Assembly: GCA_001770415.1 (NCBI GenBank)
Contig: MEQX01000003.1
Coordinates: 8,442 to 72,441, forward strand
From: Betaproteobacteria bacterium RIFCSPLOWO2_02_FULL_63_19
GTDB lineage: Bacteria > Pseudomonadota > Gammaproteobacteria > Burkholderiales > SG8-39
Reading direction: 5' to 3'
Length of the DNA: 64,000 bases
Part shown: positions 30,101 to 36,660 of the stretch, in pieces
How the letters are laid out: the number at the start of each line of letters is the position of its first letter
How positions within the stretch are numbered: position 1 is the first letter of the stretch
The notes under the pieces: model-generated
The model's input: the letters and a program-made list of their open reading frames with translations, nothing else
Databases searched by the model: none
What the model was told of the DNA's origin: nothing
Made by a program: the position numbers and the translations under genes

Positions 30101-30758
30101 CCCGCACCACCGGCCGGTCGGGCGACAGCCCCCGGCGACGATGGTCGGTAATGGCTTCTTCGTCCACCAGGGCGCTCAGTTCGTCGTTCGAGAGTATCGC
30201 TATCTTGGACACTTCGTGCGAAGTGCGAAACCCGTCGAAGAAGTGCAGGAAGGGTATGCGCGTTCCCAGCGTGGCCGAGTGGGCGATGGCGGCGAAGTCC
30301 TGCGCTTCCTGGACCGAGCCGGAGGCCAGCATTGCAAAACCGGTCGAGCGGCAGGCCATCACGTCCGAGTGGTCGCCGAATATCGAAAGGGCGTGCGTGG
30401 CCACGGTGCGCGCCGAGACGTGCATCACGAAAGGGGTGAGTTCGCCGGCGATCTTGAACATATTGGGGATCATCAGCAGCAGGCCCTGCGACGCGGTGAA
30501 CGTGGTCGCCAGCGCCCCGGCCTGGAGCGCCCCGTGGACCGCGCCGGCGGCGCCTCCTTCGGACTGCATTTCGGTGACCTGGGGGACCGTGCCCCAGAGG
30601 TTCTTCGCGCCCTGTGCGGCCCACTCGTCGGAATACTCGCCCATGTTGGAGGACGGTGTGATCGGATAAATGGCGATCACCTCGCTCAGGCGGTAGGCAA
30701 CCGAGGCCACGGCCTGGCTCGCATCTAGGGTTTGCATCGTCATTGGCGTAGTGCTCAT
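27108..30758 (-). CDS. nifJ: pyruvate:ferredoxin (flavodoxin) oxidoreductase
   Basis: 1216-aa protein. Contains YPITPSS, the MQSEGGAAGAVHGAL domain I motif, two ferredoxin CxxCxxCxxxCP motifs (CTQCNKCVLACP, CTGCRLCVEVCP) and the TPP motif GGDGWAYDIG. Confidence 0.95.
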   Translation of the reverse strand: MSTTPMTMQTLDASQAVASVAYRLSEVIAIYPITPSSNMGEYSDEWAAQGAKNLWGTVPQVTEMQSEGGAAGAVHGALQAGALATTFTASQGLLLMIPNMFKIAGELTPFVMHVSARTVATHALSIFGDHSDVMACRSTGFAMLASGSVQEAQDFAAIAHSATLGTRIPFLHFFDGFRTSHEVSKIAILSNDELSALVDEEAITDHRRRGLSPDRPVVRGTAQNPDVFFQAREACNGYYDACPGMVKAAMERFAAVTGRRYRLFDYVGHPEAERVIVMMGSGAETAHELVDWMASRGEKVGLLKVRLFRPFPVAEFVEALPPSTRAIAVLDRTKEPGAIGEPLYLDVVAALRDAEQRGAKKKVQVQVAGGRYGLSSKEFTPAMARAVFEELAQKQARRSFTVGIVDDVTHLSLPVDASFDIEPADVVRAVFYGLGADGTVGANKNSIKIIGEETDQFAQGYFVYDSKKSGAITISHLRFGPRPIRSSYLIRRAGFVAVHQWSFFERYDVLEMATPGGTLLINSLFAPEKLWDELPREIQQRIIDLKLKVYTIDAYDVARRAGMGGRVNTVMQTCFFALAAIFPREEAIGYIKRQIKKTYSAKGEDVVNRNYAVVDDALAHLHQVEVPAEARSEIYLPPIVSAKAPDFVKRVTAVMLSGKGDALPVSAFPVDGTWPTATAKWEKRNLALEIPQWHPVVCTQCNKCVLACPHAAIRAKVYPPELTKGAPPTFQWDEFKGKYFQGSVYTLQVAPEDCTGCRLCVEVCPARDKLNPRQKAIEMVPQGPLRAPERDNYEYFLELPESDRSKLPLNVMGTQFFEPLFEYSGACNGCGETPYVKLLTQLFGDRAMIANATGCSSIYGGNLPTTPYAANREGLGPVWSNSLFEDNAEFGLGFRLAVDQHARQAQELLSVLGADVGDALVRELLGAPQQGEAALSAQRARVAMLREKLKSSFRPEARRLELLADYLVRKSVWIVGGDGWAYDIGYGGLDHVLASGRDVNVLVMDTEVYSNTGGQQSKATPTGAAAKFAAAGKSIAKKDLGLLAMSYGSVYVGQVAFGASDAQTVKTFTEAEAYPGTSLIIAYSHCIAHGYDMAYGAAQQQLAVDTGYWPLYRYDPRHAGPGKSPLHVDSMPSIGKVIDFCRNETRFRMVEQQDPMRFRDLMHLLQHKSEERRALYEHMARPVTPVQPAPRAADPAAAAPASRQPASAVQPGQVTQ

Positions 30759-30837
30759 CGAAAGGTCCTTGTGACTGCATGGCCGCGTTCTCCGTCAGGG
30801 AGAACAGGGGGGCCATCCTATTTCAAAACGGGGCGCC

Positions 30838-30862
30838 GTGCCTTTGACCTAGGTTAAGGCAC
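30838..30862. promoter_or_regulatory. inverted repeat upstream of nifJ containing a CRP/FNR-like half-palindrome
   Basis: GTGCCTT-N11-AAGGCAC has 7-bp arms. The core TTGACCTAGGTTAA loosely resembles TTGAT-N4-ATCAA. It lies about 80-100 nt upstream of the nifJ start. Confidence 0.25.
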
Positions 30863-31370
30863 GCATTGGACAGTCAATCGCGTCGGACCGGTCCAATTTA
30901 TTGATCCTCGACCGATCGCCGCTGCACGTGTCGATCGGGGAGTCGGATGACGGCGCGGCATGGTCGTGCAGCGGTCCGTCGTCTGTTCGGCTGCAACGGG
31001 TTCGATTTCCGCCATCGCGTCGAGCGCAACACGACATTTGGCAACGGCTCCGCCTCGGAACTACCGCGCCTTGGATTCACGCTGGAAGGCACTCCGCCCC
31101 AAGGTGTCCGAATGTCGGCCGATTTCTCGAGTCCCGGGGCTCGGCCGGGACTTAATCGCGTTTCTCGATGCTGCATAGGAAAAAAATGCGGCCGGAAAGC
31201 GAATGCATGCTGTTGAAAGTATTAATCAATATTTGGTCGGACCGCCGTGGTATGTACAAGAAAAATATACTTCGGGTGCGTCACGGTACCCCTGATTGGC
31301 GCCAGACGCGTCTCGGCTATTGGATCTAAGGCATTGACTCGATTGCCGCTTTTTCGCTGATTGCAGTCTG

Positions 31371-31386
31371 TGGCATGGAGGTTGCT
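31371..31386 (+). promoter_or_regulatory. sigma-54 (-24/-12) promoter
   Basis: TGGCATGGAGGTTGCT against the consensus TGGCACG-N4-TTGCW: GG and GC have exact spacing and there is one mismatch in the -24 hexamer. It lies 45 nt upstream of the ATG at 31431. An NtrC-type activator is encoded 9 kb downstream. Confidence 0.6.
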
Positions 31387-31430
31387 GTATTTGGGTCAAA
31401 CGGAAGCGCGAATGCATCGAAGGTGGTCAC

Positions 31431-31892
31431 ATGAGCGAAAAAGCCAAAGTTCTGATCGTCGATGACCAAGAGGTGGTTCGTTTGAGCTATCTCAGGTCGC
31501 TGGGCAGCGAACACTGTAGGGTGGACGTGGCGGCAAGTGGCGAGGAAGCGCTGCTGACGATGCAGCAACGCAAATTCGATCTGGTCCTCCTCGACCTGCG
31601 GATGCCTGGTATGGACGGTATGGACGTGCTTAGGACGATCAAGCAGACGTGGCCCGACACCGAAGTGGTCATGATTACCGGATACCCCACGGTCGAGACG
31701 GCGAAAGAGGCGGTTCGGTTGGGTGCACATGGCTACCTGGCCAAACCACTCGGTCCGGACGATATCGTCAATGCGGCAAACGACGCCGTCATCCAAAAGA
31801 AGTGGACGCTGCGCAAGGACTGCGGGAATGCAGGCCTGGGCACGGGTTTGCACACCGATGAGTGGAAGAAGACCGAGGGCGCTGCTTGCTGA
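31431..31892 (+). CDS. stand-alone response-regulator receiver (CheY-like) protein
   Basis: Contains VLIVDDQ, the phospho-acceptor context LVLLDLRMPGMDG, then VVMITGY and AKP. No output domain is present. Confidence 0.85.
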   Translation: MSEKAKVLIVDDQEVVRLSYLRSLGSEHCRVDVAASGEEALLTMQQRKFDLVLLDLRMPGMDGMDVLRTIKQTWPDTEVVMITGYPTVETAKEAVRLGAHGYLAKPLGPDDIVNAANDAVIQKKWTLRKDCGNAGLGTGLHTDEWKKTEGAAC

Positions 31893-32485
31893 TCGTGTGG
31901 GCTAGATTGCCGTGCGAAGACGCCAAGGCGACGCGTGAAGCGAGTCAGGAGTCATAAATTGTTCGCGGTCGATATTGACGGGATGATCGAAAAGAGCGAC
32001 TAGCGGGGCCCTTTGGCAGGGGTCAACGCTGCAATAACTGCCGAGGAGGGGGCAGGAAGCGCTGAGCAGGCTGGGCAGCGAAAACTACGAAGTGGTTTTC
32101 ACTGGAATAAGAATGCGAATGGATGGCATGAACGGGCTGCAAGTGCCCAGGCGCGTGAACGAGGACCAACCTTGGCTCGCGTGGGCCGTTGTCATCGGTC
32201 CGGCCACGTATGTGCATGGCCGCCGCAATCCGGCGGCAGGCGTTAGCGGATTCTTCTACAAAAAGCCTTGCGCGAGCTCGGTCAAATCCCATTCGGCAAA
32301 GCTCGACCTCCCGGAGCACGCGGCGACGTCGGAATTAAGGTTGTCGCCGCGCCGGAGACGCACGCATGCTGCTGCTTCGGGGGCAGCCGGCCAGATTTCC
32401 TCACGTGAAGTCGCCAATACGACCTCCTAATGACCCCTCTAAACAATAAAGCCGTTTCGAAGCCAAGCAATTTGCGGAGGCACAC

Positions 32486-33649
32486 ATGGTTCTGCTGATC
32501 GTAGTCGTCACGATTATCGTTTTCGTAATTGTCGACTTTTCGCTGCGCGTATATCTACAGAGGAGGCGGGAATTACAGCTCAGGAAAGAACGCGAGAAGG
32601 CTCTTGACATCGGACTGAAACTGGACTTTTCGGAGGAAGCAAAGACTCTCAAGCGAGTGGAGGTCAAGGATCCAAAGGCAAGAATCTTGGCCGTCGACGA
32701 CGAGCCGATAATCCTGGACAGCTTCAGGAAGATTCTCGTCGTCGCTGGCTATAGCATCGACACGGTGGAAAAAGGGAGCGAAGCACTGGGGCTAATTTTG
32801 AAAAATGACTACGACTTCGTTTTTACAGACCTGAAGATGCCGGAAATGGACGGCCTGGAGGTAACCAAGGCAGTCAAGCACCTGCGCCCCGATATAGACG
32901 TGATAGTCATCACCGGATACGCGTCCATCGAAACCGCCGTCGAGACGATGAAGTACGGGGCGATGGACTACGTACAGAAACCATTTACCGAGGACGAACT
33001 CATCGAGTTCTTCAACAAGTCGCTCATCCGGCGCAAGGACCGGATCGAACGTCAAATGAAGCCGACGGTCCGCTTGATCACCCCATCGGTGAAGGAGTCG
33101 GCGTCAATGCACGAGTTCAATGTGCCGGCAGGGATATTCGTCTCTCAGAATCATACCTGGGTCAATATAGAGATGAACGGTACCGCGCGTGTCGGAATAG
33201 ACGATTTCGTACGCAAGATCATCGGAACGATCGATCAGGTCGCGCTCCCGAAACTGAACAAGGAAATAGAAAAGGGCGATCCGCTTTTCTCCATCACAAA
33301 AGATTCTCGAACCATGGACATCGCCTCGCCGATAAGCGGAAAAATCAGTTTGGTAAACGCCGAGCATGTCGAGCATCCGGAATGGATCGGATCAAAGCCG
33401 TTCGAGCTCAGTTGGATGGTCTGTCTCGATCCGTCGAATCTCTCCGAGGAATTGCGTTCGCTGAAGATTGGCGCAGATTCAGTCAACTGGTACAGGAAGG
33501 AAATTGACAGGTACAGCGAAATTGCAACCGCAATCGAGGGAGAAGACGCCGGTACCGGCCGACCGGAGAAGGGAGGTGACAAGGGAGGGAAACCCAGGGC
33601 AGACGAGAAATTCATGGCCGAGTTCGCTAACGCATTTCTGCTGAAATAG
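32486..33649 (+). CDS. membrane-anchored receiver domain fused to a GcvH-like (glycine-cleavage H fold) domain
   Basis: An N-terminal TM helix (LLIVVVTIIVFVIVDF) is followed by a REC domain at about 32678-33030 (ILAVDDEP, FTDLKMPEMDG, VIVITGY, QKP). The region at about 33120-33440 aligns without gaps, by eye, to E. coli GcvH (H.W, GT..VGI, LP, GD, DI..P.SG.I..VN). Confidence 0.8.
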   Translation: MVLLIVVVTIIVFVIVDFSLRVYLQRRRELQLRKEREKALDIGLKLDFSEEAKTLKRVEVKDPKARILAVDDEPIILDSFRKILVVAGYSIDTVEKGSEALGLILKNDYDFVFTDLKMPEMDGLEVTKAVKHLRPDIDVIVITGYASIETAVETMKYGAMDYVQKPFTEDELIEFFNKSLIRRKDRIERQMKPTVRLITPSVKESASMHEFNVPAGIFVSQNHTWVNIEMNGTARVGIDDFVRKIIGTIDQVALPKLNKEIEKGDPLFSITKDSRTMDIASPISGKISLVNAEHVEHPEWIGSKPFELSWMVCLDPSNLSEELRSLKIGADSVNWYRKEIDRYSEIATAIEGEDAGTGRPEKGGDKGGKPRADEKFMAEFANAFLLK

Positions 33650-33701
33650 TCGACACGGTTCGGGAAGCTGTTTGTTCGTCGATTCTCCGAGAGAGGTAGC
33701 C

Positions 33702-34220
33702 ATGATCAAATATCTTTTCGCAACGGTATCGGCAGTAATGTTTGCTGCAGCCGGCCCGCCTGCAGGGGCAGCCCCTCCAAAGGCCGCGGCGCCCGAGACG
33801 GCGGCGTCCGGCGCTGCGTCTTTGAGCGTGGTGGCGCCGGAAATACCGTCGGAAATCATTATTCCGTCTTCGGTGGGCGCGATCAGGTTCCCGCACCAGA
33901 TGCACATAAAAGATCTTTCGGTCAAGTGCGTCGACTGCCACCATCAGATAAACGCCAGGCCATTGAGCACCCCGCATCCGGACTATTTCAGCTCGACCTG
34001 GATCAACTGCAGGACTTGCCACGAGCAATCGGAGAAGCTCTCGAAGAAGGCGTTCGTCTGCTCGGAGTGCCATACGGCCCGGCCGAAAAATATCGCGGAT
34101 GAAACACTCAGCGCAAAAGTGGTGGTTCACAAACAGTGCTGGAAGTGCCACGCGGTGGGCACCGGCAAGGAGGCAAGCAAAGCCTGTGAAAAGTGCCATT
34201 CGGGCAAGAAGCGCTTCTGA
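33702..34220 (+). CDS. periplasmic c3-type multihaem cytochrome (5 CXXCH motifs)
   Basis: It has a signal peptide and the c3-like opening FPHQMHIKDLSVKCVDCHH. The five motifs are CVDCH, CRTCH, CSECH, CWKCH and CEKCH. Confidence 0.85.
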   Translation: MIKYLFATVSAVMFAAAGPPAGAAPPKAAAPETAASGAASLSVVAPEIPSEIIIPSSVGAIRFPHQMHIKDLSVKCVDCHHQINARPLSTPHPDYFSSTWINCRTCHEQSEKLSKKAFVCSECHTARPKNIADETLSAKVVVHKQCWKCHAVGTGKEASKACEKCHSGKKRF

Positions 34221-34264
34221 TCAGGGCTGTTCGATTGATTTTCGGTCTCTGGTAAGGACAGATC

Positions 34265-35149
34265 ATGGATAGAAGACGGTTTTTCGCGACTGCCGGTACC
34301 GCCGCCGGGACGCTGCTGCACATGAAGAAGTCGGAGGCCGCGAACGCCAAGGAGGGCAAGGAGTTTGTCGGCGTGCTCGTCGATACGACAAGGTGCATTG
34401 GGTGCCGAGCCTGCGAAGTTGCCTGTTCGGTGGCATGGAACAATTTTGTTCCGGACGTAAAGAATGACAACGCGCTCGATCATCGCAGAGATACCAGCGA
34501 TAAGCAGTACACGGTCGTCAATCGTTTCAAGACCGAAAAGGGAGATGTATTCGTGAAGAGGCAGTGCATGCATTGCTGGCAGGCGGCTTGTGTCGCGATG
34601 TGCCTGGTGAATGCAATGTACAAGACCAAGGAGGGACCTGTTACCTGGAATGGAGAGAAATGCCTGGGGTGCAGATTTTGCATGGTGGCCTGTCCGTTTG
34701 ACATTCCAAAAGCTGAGTATCTTTCATGGAATCCAAGAATCATGAAGTGCCACATGTGCTATGAGAGACTGCAGGAGGGAAAGAAGCCCGCATGCGTGGA
34801 AGCGTGCCCGGCCGATGCGTTGATGTTCGGTCAAAAGCGAGAACTGATGGAAATCGCACGGCATCGCGTATACAGCCACCCAGACAAATATGTGCACCAG
34901 ATATACGGCGAGCAGGAAGCCGGTGGAACAGGTTGGCTCTACCTCTCCGCCGTTCCATTCGATCAGATAGGGTTCAGAACCGATCTTGGCACGACGCCTT
35001 ATCCAGAATACACGAAACAGTTTCTGGTTTCCGTGCCGCTCGTTCTATTCGGTGTTCCGGCACTGCTGCTAGGGCTGAGCGAGCTGTCGGATAGAAAGAA
35101 TGAAGTTCGCGAAAGCGAAGGATGGACAGAGACGGGGGCGGACGAATGA
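34265..35149 (+). CDS. Tat-exported 4x[4Fe-4S] ferredoxin-like subunit (HmcB/NrfC/DsrO/HybA family) with a C-terminal TM helix
   Basis: It has the twin-arginine signal MDRRRFFATAG. Four cluster motifs are present: CIGCRACEVAC, CMHCWQAACVAMC, CLGCRFCMVACP and CHMC-X11-CVEACP. A hydrophobic tail (FLVSVPLVLFGVPALLLGL) follows. Confidence 0.9.
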   Translation: MDRRRFFATAGTAAGTLLHMKKSEAANAKEGKEFVGVLVDTTRCIGCRACEVACSVAWNNFVPDVKNDNALDHRRDTSDKQYTVVNRFKTEKGDVFVKRQCMHCWQAACVAMCLVNAMYKTKEGPVTWNGEKCLGCRFCMVACPFDIPKAEYLSWNPRIMKCHMCYERLQEGKKPACVEACPADALMFGQKRELMEIARHRVYSHPDKYVHQIYGEQEAGGTGWLYLSAVPFDQIGFRTDLGTTPYPEYTKQFLVSVPLVLFGVPALLLGLSELSDRKNEVRESEGWTETGADE

Positions 35150-36345
35150 ACACCACCGCAATTGGCACAAGCGAATTCAACCGGGTCGCGAGTTTCATTT
35201 GGCAGGAATTGAAGCCGCGGGGCAAGTGGCTTACCCCGTTCAATGTCATCTCCATTCCGATCATATTGCTCGGCATTGGAATCCTGTATTTCCGTTTTGT
35301 ATACGGGATCGGATTCGTCACCAATCTCAACCAATACTACCCGTTGGGTATCTGGATCGGATTTGACGTGGTGACCGGAGTGGCTCTTGCCGGCGGGGCC
35401 TACGTCATCACCTTCGTCGTCTATGTGATGAGAATGGAAAAATATCATTCCATAGTCAGAGTGACGGTCTTGAACGGATTGTTAGCGTACATCTTCTATG
35501 CTGGGGCACTGACACTGGATCTGGGACGGCCCTGGCACATCGTCAATCCGATCATCGGGAATTCGTTCGGCTACAACTCAGTGCTGTTCCTCGTTTCGTG
35601 GCATTTTCTGCTCTATATGCTCACGATGGCGCTGGAGTTTTCGCCGGTCGTTGCGGAATGGGCCCAGCTTGAGAAAGCGCGGAAATTTCTTTCCGGCCTG
35701 ACGCTCGGTGCGGTGATATTCGGTATTACGCTTTCTATTCTGCATCAATCCGGTCTTGGCGCCCTGTTCCTGATGGCCAAGCCGAAGATCCATCCGCTTT
35801 GGTATTCGGAATTCATACCGGTCATGTTCGTCGTGTCAAGCATTTACGCGGGACTCTCGATGATCATATTCGAGGGAACGATCAGCCACAAAGTCTTTAG
35901 AGACCTGCTTGCTGGCCAAGATCATCATCGCTATGAGGAGATCATCCTTGGTCTGGGCAAAGGTGCGGCCATCACGATGTTCGTCTATTACTTCTTCCAG
36001 GCGCTGCTGTTCATACATGAAGAACGCTGGGAACTCATAACGGATGCTTGGGGTTACTGGTATCTCCTCGAGGTCATCGGTCTGGTGCTCATACCCTGTT
36101 TCATGTACGCGTACGCGGTGCGCAACAGGAACCTCGGAATACTCAAGGTGGCGGCCGTCCTGGCCCTGCTGGGCATAATCCTCAACAGGCTGAACGTGAC
36201 CGTCATCGCGTACCGCTGGTATGACGTGGACAAGTATTACCCGTCATGGCAGGAGATCGTCGTGACGCTCACGGTGGTCTTCACCGAGATATGGATCTTC
36301 CGCTGGATTGTTACCCGCATGCCGGTCTTCGGCAAGAGACGATAG
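35146..36345 (+). CDS. NrfD-family polytopic quinone-interacting membrane subunit (HmcC/DsrP-like)
   Basis: 399-aa protein with about 10 TM segments. Its start overlaps the FeS-protein stop (ATGA). The position after a Tat-FeS subunit is the canonical NrfCD-type arrangement. Confidence 0.85.
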   Translation: MNTTAIGTSEFNRVASFIWQELKPRGKWLTPFNVISIPIILLGIGILYFRFVYGIGFVTNLNQYYPLGIWIGFDVVTGVALAGGAYVITFVVYVMRMEKYHSIVRVTVLNGLLAYIFYAGALTLDLGRPWHIVNPIIGNSFGYNSVLFLVSWHFLLYMLTMALEFSPVVAEWAQLEKARKFLSGLTLGAVIFGITLSILHQSGLGALFLMAKPKIHPLWYSEFIPVMFVVSSIYAGLSMIIFEGTISHKVFRDLLAGQDHHRYEEIILGLGKGAAITMFVYYFFQALLFIHEERWELITDAWGYWYLLEVIGLVLIPCFMYAYAVRNRNLGILKVAAVLALLGIILNRLNVTVIAYRWYDVDKYYPSWQEIVVTLTVVFTEIWIFRWIVTRMPVFGKRR

Positions 36346-36354
36346 GAGCCGCGA

Positions 36355-36533
36355 TGGAGTACTACACGTATGTAAACATATTCGAGACCAAGGGCCTGGA
36401 ATACCTCCTGTTGATGTGCTTCTTCGCCCTGTTCATCTATCTGGTGAGATACCTGTCGGGCCCCGGAAAGAAGGATTCGGCTCCCCGTGACGGGAGCGCG
36501 GCGGGCGGCCGGATGAAAGGCGCCGGGCATTGA
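36355..36533 (+). CDS. small single-TM protein (59 aa), possible accessory subunit
   Basis: The ATG lies 9 nt after the nrfD-like stop and is preceded by AGGAG. One TM helix (LEYLLLMCFFALFIYLV) is present. The C-terminal tail lies in a GC-rich patch, so the 3' end is uncertain. Confidence 0.4.
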
Positions 36534-36660
36534 CCGTGCGAGCGGAAGCCAGCGATGAGCGGCGCACCGACGACGAGCGCCGGCGGCATGCGCCGATGAG
36601 GGGCATTGTCCGGGCGCCGTTGCGCGGTCGTCGTCCGGCTGGCGAGCGCGTCGAGCACCG

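Noticed and set aside
32103-32140. Sigma-54-like strings in the 590-bp gap before the REC-GcvH gene: TGGAATAAGAATGC and TGGCATGAACGGGCTGC.
   Set aside because: The GG-to-GC spacing is off by one or two nucleotides in each. Sigma-54 promoters are intolerant of spacing changes. Other TGGCA strings in the block (for example 34572, 35163 and 35604) fail the same test or lie deep inside genes.
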